From NCBI GenBank assembly GCA_963762145.1, contig CAVXJS010000009.1, forward strand, positions 352,001-416,000: a stretch of 64,000 nucleotides of DNA, in the 5' to 3' direction. The DNA comes from an uncultured Candidatus Rokubacteria bacterium (GTDB taxonomy: Bacteria; Methylomirabilota; Methylomirabilia; Rokubacteriales; CSP1-6). Below the pieces are notes generated by a model, which saw nothing but the letters and a program-made list of their open reading frames with translations, did not search any database and was not told where the DNA came from. Shown here piece by piece: positions 19,782 through 29,386 of this stretch. The position numbers and the translations under genes were made by a program. Position 1 is the stretch's first letter. Each line of letters opens with the position of its first letter.

Positions 19782-21920
19782 ATGATCGAGCCAATCGACG
19801 AGGCCGGAGACCGCGATCCGTACTACATCCGCTCCTCCGCGACCAGCGCGGACATTCCCCACCTGGTCGTGAAGTGCGACGACGCCTTCGTGGTGGCCGA
19901 CGATCACGGCGACTTCCCGGAGCTGCCCGAGAGCGAGTTCGGCTTCTACGTGGGCGGGACGCGCTACCTGCGGCGACTGGACCTGGCCGTGCACGGTCAG
20001 CGGCCGCTGCTCCTGAGCGCGGCGGTGTCCGACGACGGCCGTCAGCTCGCCGCGGACCTCACGAATCCCGATCTCACCCACGGCGAGGTCGTGGTGCTGA
20101 AGGGCCGGACGCTGCGCCTGGCCCGCCGTCTCGCGCTCGGGCAGTCCGAGCTGACCCAGGTGCTCAGCGTGGAGAACTTCGGCTCCGCCCCGCACGAGCT
20201 GCGGCTCGGCTGGCGCTACTTCGCCGATTTCGCCGACGTCTTCGAGGTGCGCGGCATGGTGCGCGAGCGGCGCGGCGAGCTCCTCCCGCCGATCATCTCC
20301 GCCGACTCGGCGCGCCTGTCGTACCGGGGGCTCGACAGTATCCTCCGGAGCACGACGCTGCGATTCGACCCGCCCCCCGAGAAGGTGAGCGCCGGCGTCG
20401 CCCAGCACCGGCTCGTGATCCCGCCCGGAGGCGCGGTCCAGATCCGCCTGACCATCACCGCCGTCGAGGGCGACGCGGTGGCCGCCTGGACGCACGGCGC
20501 GACCCCGCGGGAAGACCGCGAGCCCGACACACCGGCCCGGGTGGTCAGCGCGAGCACCTCGCTGGACGCGTGGATCGCGCGCGCGTGGGCCGACCTGCAC
20601 ATGCTCACCACCGAGACCCCGCACGGGCGCATCGCCTACGCGGGCATCCCCTGGTTCGTCGCCCCGTTCGGGCGGGACAGCATCATCACCGCGCTCCAGC
20701 ATCTGCCGTTCGATCCGGGCCTGGCCCGCGGCACCCTCCGGTTCCTGGCCGCCTACCAGGGCCGGGAGGACGACGCGTTCACCGACCAGAGCCCGGGGAA
20801 GATCCTGCACGAGTACCGCCGGGGCGAGATGGCGAACTGCCGCGAGATCGCGTTCGTGCCGTATTACGGATCGGTGGACGCCACCCCGCTCTTCCTGATG
20901 CTCGCGGCCGAGTACCTGCGCTGGACCGACGATCGCGAGCTGCTCGCCGAGCTCCGGCCGGCCATCGACGCGGCCCTCGGCTGGCTCGAGCGCTCGGACT
21001 ACGTGTCGTACGTCTCCCGCTCCGCCCGTGGTCTCGTCAACCAGGGCTGGAAGGACTCCCACGACGCGATCATGCACGCGGACGGCGAGGACGCGCCGGG
21101 CCCGATCGCGCTCGCCGAGGTGCAGGGGTACAAGTACGCGGCCCTGCGCGCGGTGGCCGACATCGCCGACGCGGAAGAGCGCCCGTATCCGGCCCGGGCG
21201 CTCCGGGCGGAGGCCGGACGGCTGCGCGAGCAATTCATGCGCGACTACTGGATGGAGCCCGAAGGCTTCTCCGCCCTCGCCCTCGACGGCGACGGGGCGC
21301 CGTGTCGCGTCCTCTCCTCGAACCCCGCGCACTGCCTGTGGACCGGGCTGATCCCGGCCGAGCCGGCGGCGCAGATCGCCCGGCGCCTGATGGACGAGGA
21401 GCTGTTCACGGGCTGGGGCATCCGCACCCTGGGCGTTCACGAGCGACGCTACAACCCGATGAGCTACCACAACGGCTCGGTGTGGCCGCACGACACCGCG
21501 ATCGCCGCCGCCGGCCTCCGTCGCTACGGGTTCACCGAGGGGTTTCTCGCCCTGACCACCGGGCTCTTCGACGCCGCCCGGCATTGCGACGGGTTTCGAC
21601 TGCCCGAGCTCTTCTGCGGCTTTTCGCGCAGCCCCGGCTACGGGCCCACCCGGTATCCGAGCGCCTGCTCGCCCCAGGCCTGGGCGGCCGGGGTCGTCTC
21701 CCACCTCCTGGGCGAGATGCTCGGCCTCGCGCCGGAGGCACGGGAGAACCGGCTGACCTTCGTGCGTCCGGTGCTGCCGGAGTGGCTGCCGTCGATCGAG
21801 GTCCGGGGGCTGCGTCTCGGTCGCTCGCGGCTCGACGTCATGGTGACCGGAGGCCGCGCGGGAGCCGTGGTCGAGGTGCTCGAGTGTCAGGGCGACGCCG
21901 AGGTCGTGGTGAGGCGCTGA
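19782..21920 (+). CDS. amylo-alpha-1,6-glucosidase / glycogen-debranching-like protein
   Basis: AGIPWFVAPFGRDS, PGKILHE, YYGSVDATPLF, NQGWKDS, YHNGSVWPHD, ACSPQAW. Confidence 0.9.
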   Translation: MIEPIDEAGDRDPYYIRSSATSADIPHLVVKCDDAFVVADDHGDFPELPESEFGFYVGGTRYLRRLDLAVHGQRPLLLSAAVSDDGRQLAADLTNPDLTHGEVVVLKGRTLRLARRLALGQSELTQVLSVENFGSAPHELRLGWRYFADFADVFEVRGMVRERRGELLPPIISADSARLSYRGLDSILRSTTLRFDPPPEKVSAGVAQHRLVIPPGGAVQIRLTITAVEGDAVAAWTHGATPREDREPDTPARVVSASTSLDAWIARAWADLHMLTTETPHGRIAYAGIPWFVAPFGRDSIITALQHLPFDPGLARGTLRFLAAYQGREDDAFTDQSPGKILHEYRRGEMANCREIAFVPYYGSVDATPLFLMLAAEYLRWTDDRELLAELRPAIDAALGWLERSDYVSYVSRSARGLVNQGWKDSHDAIMHADGEDAPGPIALAEVQGYKYAALRAVADIADAEERPYPARALRAEAGRLREQFMRDYWMEPEGFSALALDGDGAPCRVLSSNPAHCLWTGLIPAEPAAQIARRLMDEELFTGWGIRTLGVHERRYNPMSYHNGSVWPHDTAIAAAGLRRYGFTEGFLALTTGLFDAARHCDGFRLPELFCGFSRSPGYGPTRYPSACSPQAWAAGVVSHLLGEMLGLAPEARENRLTFVRPVLPEWLPSIEVRGLRLGRSRLDVMVTGGRAGAVVEVLECQGDAEVVVRR

Positions 21921-21923
21921 ACG

Positions 21924-23591
21924 ATGGGTGCGACCCGGAACCGCCCTGGAGCGCGACGCCCGACGCGGCCGAAGACCCGCCGCGCGGCGAAGCCGGCTCG
22001 CCCGAAGTCCCGGCGCCTCCGCGCGCCGGAAACCCCATCCCGCGAGGCCCGACCGGAGAGCGTGTCCCTGTGGATGGCGACCGAGACGATTCCGCCGCGG
22101 CCCCGTCTGACCCGGGGCCGGACCGTCGACGTGTGCGTGATCGGCGCCGGAATCGCCGGACTCAGCGCCGCCTATCAGCTCGCCCGCGCCGGCCAGTCGG
22201 TCGTCGTGCTCGACGACGGGCCCATCGGCGGGGGCCAGACCGGTCGCACCACCGCGCATCTCTCCCACGCGATGGACGTCGGGTACCAGACCATCCGGCG
22301 GCTGCACGGCGAGGAGGGCGCACGGCTGGCCGCGGCCAGCCATTCCGCGGCGATCGACGAGATCGAGACGATCGCGAGCCAGGAGGGCATCGCGTGCGAC
22401 TTCGAGCGGGTGCCCGGTCACCTGTTCGTCCCTCGGGGGGAATCCCCCGCGGTGCTCGAGCGGGAGCTAGAGGCGGCCCACGCCGCAGGCCTCGACCGCG
22501 TGGAGCTCCTCACGACGACTCCGACGCTCGGCGCCGGCGCCGGGCCCTGCCTGCGCTTCCCCGATCAGGCGCAATTTCACCCGCTGCGCTATCTGGCCGG
22601 GCTCGCGGCCGCGATCGAGCGCCGCGGCGGCGCGATCTTCACCAACGTCCACGCCGAGACCGTCGAGCCCAAGGGCGCCACCCAGCGCGTGAAGACCGCT
22701 GCCGGCCGCGCCGGCGTGACCGCGGGCGCGGTGATCGCCGCCACGAATGCCCCGATCCTCGGGCCGCAGACGCTCCACGCCAAGCAGGCCGCGTACCTGA
22801 CCTACGTGATCGGCGCGAGCATCCCGGCCGGCGCGGTGCCCCATGGGCTGTACTGGGACACCGAGGATCCGTACCACTACGTGCGCGTTCAAGCGCGGGA
22901 GCCCGCCGCGGCGGGCGAGGTCCTGATCGTGGGGGGTGAGGATCACAAGACCGGCCAGGCCCCCGGGGGTGCTGACGACAGCGCCAACCGCTACCGGGCG
23001 CTCGAGGCGTGGGCGCGCGCGCGCTTCCTGATGATCGAGGAGGTGGAGTTCCGCTGGTCCGGGCAGGTCATGAACTCGCTCGACGGGCTCGCCTTCATCG
23101 GCCGGGCGTCCGAGCAGGACCCCGGCGTGTACCTGGCCACCGGGGACACGGGCATGGGGATGACCCACGGCACGATCGCCGGCATGCTGCTTCGCGATCT
23201 CATCCTCGGCCGCGAGAATCCCTGGCGGGCCCTGTACGACCCGTCGCGGCTGATGCTCCGGGCCGCGCCGACCCTGGTACGCGAGAACGTGAACGTCGCG
23301 GCTCAGTACGCGGACTGGATCACCCCGGGGGCGGTCTCATCCGTCGACGAGATCCCGCCCGGGCAGGGCGCGCTCCTGCGGCGCGGCCTCGCCAAGATCG
23401 CGGCCTACCGGGATGACACGGGACGCGTGCACGAGCGCTCCGCGGTGTGTCCCCACATGGCCTGCATCGTGGCCTGGAACTCGGCGGAGAAGACCTGGGA
23501 CTGTCCGTGCCACGGCTCGCGCTTCGACGCGGTCGGGCACGTCATCAATGGACCGGCCAATGCCAACCTGGCGCCGGCGGAGGGCGAGTGA
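21924..23591 (+). CDS. FAD-dependent oxidoreductase with C-terminal Rieske domain (YhfW-like)
   Basis: IGAGIAG; Rieske CPHMAC...WDCPCHGSRF; basic N-terminal extension. Confidence 0.9.
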   Translation: MGATRNRPGARRPTRPKTRRAAKPARPKSRRLRAPETPSREARPESVSLWMATETIPPRPRLTRGRTVDVCVIGAGIAGLSAAYQLARAGQSVVVLDDGPIGGGQTGRTTAHLSHAMDVGYQTIRRLHGEEGARLAAASHSAAIDEIETIASQEGIACDFERVPGHLFVPRGESPAVLERELEAAHAAGLDRVELLTTTPTLGAGAGPCLRFPDQAQFHPLRYLAGLAAAIERRGGAIFTNVHAETVEPKGATQRVKTAAGRAGVTAGAVIAATNAPILGPQTLHAKQAAYLTYVIGASIPAGAVPHGLYWDTEDPYHYVRVQAREPAAAGEVLIVGGEDHKTGQAPGGADDSANRYRALEAWARARFLMIEEVEFRWSGQVMNSLDGLAFIGRASEQDPGVYLATGDTGMGMTHGTIAGMLLRDLILGRENPWRALYDPSRLMLRAAPTLVRENVNVAAQYADWITPGAVSSVDEIPPGQGALLRRGLAKIAAYRDDTGRVHERSAVCPHMACIVAWNSAEKTWDCPCHGSRFDAVGHVINGPANANLAPAEGE

Positions 23592-25027
23592 TGAATCGAG
23601 CATGGGGCATCGGCCTGGCGGTGGTGGGGATCGGGGCGTCGATCGCGATGGCGTGGACGCTCAGCGTGCAGGCACAAGGCGGCGCGACGACGGGCGCTCC
23701 GCCGCGCATGCCTCCGGCGCCCGCCAAGTCGAGCTACACGCCGGTCGTGGAGGAGCCGTTCGAGACCGTGTTCAAGCGGATGACCGCCGCGAAGGACGAC
23801 GTGATGAACCGCCAGATGGGCCTGCTCGCCGAGCGCTACGACCTGGCCGATCGTCCGGCCTCCGGCGTGACGATGAGCGGGGGCAAGGCGGTCCAGGCCG
23901 GCGTGCGCGTCAAGCTGCCTCCCGGAGCGACCTGGGACAGCCTGGCCCGCATGAGTCCGGACGAGATCCGCGACAAGAAGTTCTTCCCGTCCGGGTTCCT
24001 CCCCCTGCCCCATCCGAACCATCCGGAGGGCGGGATGGTCTTCCCGAAGTTCCAGATCGACGAGGTCCGCAAGCAGACCGGGCGGGACCTGACCCGGTTC
24101 GATCTCGACTTCGACCTGCCGGACCGATTCTTGCCCGAGTTCCCCGCGCCGATCTTCCTCATCACCCGGCCGGATCTGGGCGACGTCTCGAAGGGCCAGC
24201 TCGTCACGACCGATAACTTCTACGAGCTGTTCAACGGCATCCTGAATCCCAAGCAGATCGAGGGCCTCCGGCTCCTGCTGACCCCGTTCCCGCAGCAGCA
24301 GTTCAACCTGACCGCGGACCGCCGCAGCCCGCATCCGAGCCTCGGCGTGGCGTGCCTCGATTGCCACCAGAACGGCAGCAGCAACGGGGCGACGCACCTG
24401 GTCGGCGACATCCGGCCTCAGGAGTTCCGGCGGCGCATCGACACCCCCGCGCTGCGCGGCCTCAACATCCAGCGCCTCTTCGGCTCCCAGCGGGCGCTCA
24501 AGACGGTGGAGGACTTCACCGAGTTCGAGCAGCGCGCGGCCTACTTCGACGGGGATCCGGTCATCGCCACCAAGAAGGGCGTCAACCCACTCGAGCGCGG
24601 CAGCCAGGTGCACTTCATGGCCGAGTTCCAGGAGCTGCTCGACTTCCCGCCGGCGCCGAAGCTCGACGTCTTCGGGCGCCTGGACCCGAAGAAGGCGACC
24701 CCGGCCGAGCTGCGCGGCCAGGCCCTGTTCTTCGGCCGGGCCCAGTGCGGCACTTGCCACCCGGCTCCCTACTACACCGACAACTCGATGCACAACCTCC
24801 GCGCCGAGCGCTTCTACCGGCCGGTCGTGGTCAATGGCCGGATGGCATCCGCCGATGGCCCGATCAAGACGTTTCCCCTGCGCGGCATCAAGGACACGCC
24901 GCCCTATCTGCACGACGGCCGGCTGCTCACGCTGGACGACACGGTCGAGTTCTTCAGCCTCGTGCTGGGCATCCCGCTGACCGCGGCGGAGAAACAGGAC
25001 CTGGTCGTCTTCCTCCGCGCCCTGTAG
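23591..25027 (+). CDS. exported di-heme cytochrome c (cytochrome c peroxidase/MauG-like)
   Basis: TGATG coupling to the upstream gene; signal anchor; CLDCH and CGTCH heme motifs; TPPYLHDGRL. Confidence 0.85.
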   Translation: MNRAWGIGLAVVGIGASIAMAWTLSVQAQGGATTGAPPRMPPAPAKSSYTPVVEEPFETVFKRMTAAKDDVMNRQMGLLAERYDLADRPASGVTMSGGKAVQAGVRVKLPPGATWDSLARMSPDEIRDKKFFPSGFLPLPHPNHPEGGMVFPKFQIDEVRKQTGRDLTRFDLDFDLPDRFLPEFPAPIFLITRPDLGDVSKGQLVTTDNFYELFNGILNPKQIEGLRLLLTPFPQQQFNLTADRRSPHPSLGVACLDCHQNGSSNGATHLVGDIRPQEFRRRIDTPALRGLNIQRLFGSQRALKTVEDFTEFEQRAAYFDGDPVIATKKGVNPLERGSQVHFMAEFQELLDFPPAPKLDVFGRLDPKKATPAELRGQALFFGRAQCGTCHPAPYYTDNSMHNLRAERFYRPVVVNGRMASADGPIKTFPLRGIKDTPPYLHDGRLLTLDDTVEFFSLVLGIPLTAAEKQDLVVFLRAL

Positions 25028-25095
25028 CCGGCCGGGGTCCGGCACGCTCGGCTTGACGCTGCGCCCGCGGCGGCGTCACTATCCCCCGAGTCCCC

Positions 25096-26268
25096 ATGAC
25101 CTCCGTGTCCCCCTTCGTCCCCGGCTCGGCGGTACGGATCGCCGGCGCCCCCGGCGGCCCGCTCGCCGGCCTGACATTCGCGGCCAAGGACCTCTTCGAC
25201 GTCGCGGGATATCCGACCGGCGGCGGCAACCCGGACTGGGCGCGGCAGCACGCGGTTCCGACGCGGCACGCCTGGGCGGTGCAGCGATTGCTCGACGCCG
25301 GCGCGACGCTGATCGGCAAGACCATCACCGACGAGATCTCGCTCGGCATCCTGGGCGAGAACGCCTTCGACGGCACCCCGCTCAATCCCCACGCGCCCGA
25401 TCGCGTGCCCGGCGGATCGTCCTCGGGCTCGGCCTCGGCGGTGGCCCAGGGTCTCTGCGACACCGCGCTCGGCACCGACACCGGCGGCTCGGTGCGGGTG
25501 CCGGCGAGCTTCTGCGGCCTGCACGGCATCCGCCCCACCCACGGCCGCCTCGACCTCACCGGCATGATGCCGCAGGCGCCCAGCTCGGACACCACCGGCT
25601 GGTTCGCCCGCGACGCGCAGACCTTCGCGCGGGTCAGCGAGGTGATGCTCGGCGAGCCGGTCCCGCCCGCGCTGCCCACGCGCCTCGTCGTCGCACAGGA
25701 CGCCTTCGGCCTGGCCGACGAGGAGACGGCCGGCGCGCTCCAGCCGATGGTGAGTCGCCTCGCCGCGCTCATGAAACACGTCCAGGAGGACGTCATGGCG
25801 CCGCCCGGCCTCACCGCCTGGGCGCGGGCCCAGCGCACCCTGCAGCCGTGGGAGGCGTGGCTCACCTTCAAGGAATGGATCGACCGGGACAACCCGCGCA
25901 TGGCGTTCGGCGTGGCCCGCAACCTCGCGCTCGGCAGCGCGATCCCCGAGAGCGAGCGGCAGTGGGCCGCGCTGGTGCGCGCCGAGGCCCGCGCCCGGCT
26001 CACCACGCTCCTCCCCGCGGGGACGATCCTCTGCCTGCCGACCACGCCGTTCCCCGCGCCGCTCCGGGGCCTGCCCCTCGCGACCCTCGAGCCGCTGCGC
26101 GCCCGCATCACGTGCCTGGCCGCGCACGGTGGCCTCGCCGGCTTCCCGCAGGTGAGCCTGCCCGGCGCGCACGTCGGCGGGCTGCCGGTGGGCCTGTCCG
26201 TCCTGGGCCGGCGCGGCAGCGACGCCACGCTGGTGGCGGTGGCGCAGGCCATGGAGGCTGCTCGATGA
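25096..26268 (+). CDS. amidase signature family protein
   Basis: AAKDLFD, GGSSSGSA, GTDTGGSVRVPAS. Confidence 0.9.
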   Translation: MTSVSPFVPGSAVRIAGAPGGPLAGLTFAAKDLFDVAGYPTGGGNPDWARQHAVPTRHAWAVQRLLDAGATLIGKTITDEISLGILGENAFDGTPLNPHAPDRVPGGSSSGSASAVAQGLCDTALGTDTGGSVRVPASFCGLHGIRPTHGRLDLTGMMPQAPSSDTTGWFARDAQTFARVSEVMLGEPVPPALPTRLVVAQDAFGLADEETAGALQPMVSRLAALMKHVQEDVMAPPGLTAWARAQRTLQPWEAWLTFKEWIDRDNPRMAFGVARNLALGSAIPESERQWAALVRAEARARLTTLLPAGTILCLPTTPFPAPLRGLPLATLEPLRARITCLAAHGGLAGFPQVSLPGAHVGGLPVGLSVLGRRGSDATLVAVAQAMEAAR

Positions 26269-26669
26269 CCGATCTGACGCCCAATCGCCCCGAGGTGGTC
26301 GCCGAGGTCCGCGCGCTGTTCGAGCGCTACGAGCAGGCGCTGATCGACAAGTCGGTCGACGTGCTCGACGCCACGTTCTGGAACAGCCCCCACACGATCC
26401 GCTACGCGCTGCACGAGAACGGCTACGGGTTCGACGCGATCCACGCCCACCGGGTCGCGCGCCCGCCCGGCCCCGGCATCAAGGAGCAGCGCCTGCGCCT
26501 CGAGATCCTCACGCTCGGGCGCGACCTGGCCACCGTGAACCTCGAGTTCAAGGTGCGCGGCCGCGACCTGGTCGGCCGCCAGAGCCAGACGTGGGTGCGC
26601 TTTCCCGATCTCGGCTGGAAGGTCGTCGCCGCCCACGTCTCCACGATGAACGCAGCGCCGCTCTGGTGA
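26265..26669 (+). CDS. AtzH/HpxZ (DUF3225) family protein
   Basis: ATGA overlap with the amidase; FERYEQAL, TIRY...EN, GRQSQTWVRF...WKVVAAHVS. Confidence 0.85.
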   Translation: MTDLTPNRPEVVAEVRALFERYEQALIDKSVDVLDATFWNSPHTIRYALHENGYGFDAIHAHRVARPPGPGIKEQRLRLEILTLGRDLATVNLEFKVRGRDLVGRQSQTWVRFPDLGWKVVAAHVSTMNAAPLW

Positions 26670-26715
26670 GCCCGGCGCCACCCTCCGCCGACCGACCGCT
26701 CGGGCCTTCTCTACG

Positions 26716-27144
26716 TCAGCGCGCGCCGCGCGATCGCCCCACGGGAAGCGCCTCGAGGGCGGCCTTGATCAGGAACGCGGCCGCCGCCGAGCCCGCCGCC
26801 GCGAGGATCCGCTGGGTGACCGTAGGCTCCGTCGCCACACGCTCGGGCCGATCGATCATGCGACCGACGGCCTCGCGCAGGCGGCCGCCGCGGGCGAGCA
26901 GGGTGTTCCGACGGCGGGCCCGCCAGACCCCGAGCGCAATCGCGCCCGCCGTCACGGCCCCCATGGCCAGCACGGTCGTGGTGACGCCCAGGGCGTGGCG
27001 CCGAACCTGGAGCCCGACGTCGGTGAGCTCGTGGCCCCGCTGGCTCAATTCCGCGACCCGCGCGGTGAGCTCCTGCCGCTGGCGCATGATCCCGGCCTCG
27101 ATCTGCCGGGGATCGCGCGGCGGCTCCTCCCGGATGTCGGTCAC
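26716..27144 (-). CDS. DUF3618-like small coiled-coil/membrane protein
   Basis: GTGA overlap with the upstream gene; N-terminal PRQIEAGIMRQRQELTARVAEL followed by a TM segment. Confidence 0.6.
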   Translation of the reverse strand: MTDIREEPPRDPRQIEAGIMRQRQELTARVAELSQRGHELTDVGLQVRRHALGVTTTVLAMGAVTAGAIALGVWRARRRNTLLARGGRLREAVGRMIDRPERVATEPTVTQRILAAAGSAAAAFLIKAALEALPVGRSRGAR

Positions 27145-28592
27145 GCCACCTGGTCCTTGAGCCATTTCCAATCCGCCTTCAGTGACTTCCGCGTGAGCGC
27201 GAGGGCCGAGCGAGGACGCTGCGCCCAGCCGATGAAGCCGGCGGTCGCCCCCCCGACGAGCACGACTCCGCCCACGAGCAGCGCGGCCAGCCAGCCCGGC
27301 ATGAACGGGACGAGTGCCAGGACCACCGCCACCAGCAGGAGGGTGACGCCGATGATGGCCGCCACCACGGCCAGCACAAGCCCGACCGCGGTCCGGCGCG
27401 CGGCCTTCAGGTCGCTCGCCAGCTCCGCGCTCGCCAGCTCCACCTCGCTCTGGGCGAGCTGCAGGAGCCGGCCACCGACCTCGCCGACCAGCTTCCAGCT
27501 ACTCGGGCCGCCCTCCGTCCGCTTCGTCCCGTTCGTGCGCGCCCGGTCCTCGTATCGCTCCATCGTTTCCTCCTGGTGAATCAACCCGGCGAGCAGCTGT
27601 GGCTTGCCCTCGAGGGCACGGCTCACCTGCAGCGCCTTGCGATAGATGATCTGCCATTCGTCGTACGCGATGGGGAGGGCCTCGATCTCGCGCACGATCT
27701 CCCGGAGGCGCGCCGCGGGCACCGATTCCGGCGGCCCGGTCGTGGTTCCCCGCGCCGCCTGCCACAGGCGCGCGATCCGCCGCTCGATCGCCTGCGCCCG
27801 CGGGTCGGATGTCTGCCAGACGTCGAGATCGCTCACCCCTTCCACGACGAGACCCTGAGCCGGCGCCAGCACATCCGGCCGGCCCCGGATCAGGAGCCCA
27901 CTCGGGTAGAGCGCCAGGGTCAGATCCCGGCCCGCGAAATACGCGAGGTCGGCCGGAACACGGCTCTGGAAGGCGTCGTGATCCATGGCGCTGAGCACCC
28001 GCAGTGGGGCGGTCAGCCACCAGGGAGGCCGGGCACGTCCCACCACCCGGCCATGCTCTTCCAGGATGGTCGGTATCCGCTGCGCGACCTGCGCATACGA
28101 GGCCGCGTCGGTCAGCAGCGGCACCTGCACGTCCTTCCGCCGCCTCGCCGCGGAAATCAATCGCAGGACGGGCACGGTCACCAGGGTGATCGAGAGCGCG
28201 GCGGAGAGGCCGACGGTGATCGGGAACCCGCGGAGGAGCCGGATCGGCCATGACCGCTTCGGCCGATCCTCGGGCTGCCGGGCCGCCATGGCCGCTCCGA
28301 CCGCCAGGGGCACCGCCAGAGCCAGGCCGATCCAGAACCAGCGGACGACCGAGGACGGAACCCACTCTGGAATCGGCACGAACGCCAGCACGTACGCCGC
28401 GACCTTCGGCGCCGCCACCCCCAGGAGCAGCAGCGGCCAGGCGCCGGCCGCCGCCAGCAACGCGGACAGGAAGACCTTCTCGGTCCCACTCGCGTACCCG
28501 AAGATCGCGACGACGGCCCAGTCGAACAGCGCGCTCAGGATCTTCCCGAACGAGCGACTGACGAAGGCGACGAGGGCCTGGATGATCGCCAT
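27141..28592 (-). CDS. membrane protein with a C-terminal phage-holin-family (YqjE-like) domain; possible internal start at 27563
   Basis: N-terminal TM helices; C-terminal LAQSEVELASAEL plus 2 TM segments; internal AGGAGG-N5-ATG. Confidence 0.65.
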   Translation of the reverse strand: MAIIQALVAFVSRSFGKILSALFDWAVVAIFGYASGTEKVFLSALLAAAGAWPLLLLGVAAPKVAAYVLAFVPIPEWVPSSVVRWFWIGLALAVPLAVGAAMAARQPEDRPKRSWPIRLLRGFPITVGLSAALSITLVTVPVLRLISAARRRKDVQVPLLTDAASYAQVAQRIPTILEEHGRVVGRARPPWWLTAPLRVLSAMDHDAFQSRVPADLAYFAGRDLTLALYPSGLLIRGRPDVLAPAQGLVVEGVSDLDVWQTSDPRAQAIERRIARLWQAARGTTTGPPESVPAARLREIVREIEALPIAYDEWQIIYRKALQVSRALEGKPQLLAGLIHQEETMERYEDRARTNGTKRTEGGPSSWKLVGEVGGRLLQLAQSEVELASAELASDLKAARRTAVGLVLAVVAAIIGVTLLLVAVVLALVPFMPGWLAALLVGGVVLVGGATAGFIGWAQRPRSALALTRKSLKADWKWLKDQVA

Positions 28593-28604
28593 GCCGGATC
28601 ACAT

Positions 28605-28620
28605 AGCAAACGCCGTGCCC
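28605..28620 (-). promoter_or_regulatory. sigma54 (-24/-12) promoter
   Basis: Minus strand GGGCACGGCGTTTGCT; ATG (28592) 14 nt after the -12 C. Confidence 0.65.
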
Positions 28621-28678
28621 GGACAGAACACGAGCGCCGAGAAGCCTCTCGACGCTCGCGTGTCCCTGGAGTCGTGCG

Positions 28679-29140
28679 CTACGGCTTCAGCTGACCGCGA
28701 ATCTCGCCCGCCGGGTTGGCCGCGCTGTGCACGTTGACGTAGAGGTTCCCCGACCGGTAGGAATCGAACTGGGAGCTCGACAGGACCGTGTTGCCGGGAA
28801 CCGACCAGACGTTCGCGCCCGTCTTGACCAGCGGGATGATGACCGGGCCGTTCTGCCCGCTCGCACCCTCGTGGATATGCGCGGCGGTGGCGTTGATGTT
28901 GCTGGTCTCCACCTGCCCGGTGATGACCTTGTCGCCGACGACCGTGATCGAGCTGCGGCCCGACGCCTGGGTGTTCACGGGCGGAACTTCCTGAGCGCCA
29001 CTCAGGACCATCAGGGTCTTGGCGCCGGACGCCTCCATCTTCTTCTCGACCCCTTCCATCTTCGCGCACCCGCTGAGGGCAAGGACCGCCGCGAGGACCG
29101 TTCCCGCCGTCCACATCGTCCGATTCCGTGAAACGCGCAT
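28679..29140 (-). CDS. CHRD domain lipoprotein
   Basis: GGAGG SD; lipobox LSGC; LSGAQEVPPV, AAHIHEG, LYVNVHSAANPAGEIRGQL. Confidence 0.9.
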   Translation of the reverse strand: MRVSRNRTMWTAGTVLAAVLALSGCAKMEGVEKKMEASGAKTLMVLSGAQEVPPVNTQASGRSSITVVGDKVITGQVETSNINATAAHIHEGASGQNGPVIIPLVKTGANVWSVPGNTVLSSSQFDSYRSGNLYVNVHSAANPAGEIRGQLKP

Positions 29141-29205
29141 TGTCGCCTCCAAGAGTGCTGGGGTTAATAACGGATGGATCGCCGATTTCGCACGCACCGC
29201 CACTT

Positions 29206-29221
29206 AGCAATCGATGTGCCG
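29206..29221 (-). promoter_or_regulatory. sigma54 (-24/-12) promoter of the CHRD gene
   Basis: Minus strand CGGCACATCGATTGCT, close to consensus. Confidence 0.65.
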
Positions 29222-29334
29222 CGCGTGCCGAGGCTGCAAGGTCTCGGAGAGATTCGGGTCGGGCCCCCTCGAGTCCGAGCGTCGACATCGGACCCCGGTC
29301 AGGACAACCCGGAAATATCTTCCGGGGGACTCCG

Positions 29335-29363
29335 TTGACAGCCCGGCCGGCCGCCCGTATGGT
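29335..29363 (+). promoter_or_regulatory. sigma70 promoter of the MBL-amidohydrolase pair
   Basis: TTGACA-17 nt-TATGGT; upstream palindrome CCCGGAA-atatc-TTCCGGG (29308-29326). Confidence 0.65.
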
Positions 29364-29386
29364 GCGGGCACGAGGAGGCCCAACCC

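Noticed and set aside
25096-26669. Amidase plus AtzH/HpxZ pair as a novel system
   Set aside because: A known pairing in purine/s-triazine ring-product catabolism.
26716-28592. Holin-family domain plus the distant M15 peptidase as evidence of a prophage
   Set aside because: No structural, terminase, integrase or replication genes; YqjE/DUF3618-type genes are common chromosomal stress-associated genes.
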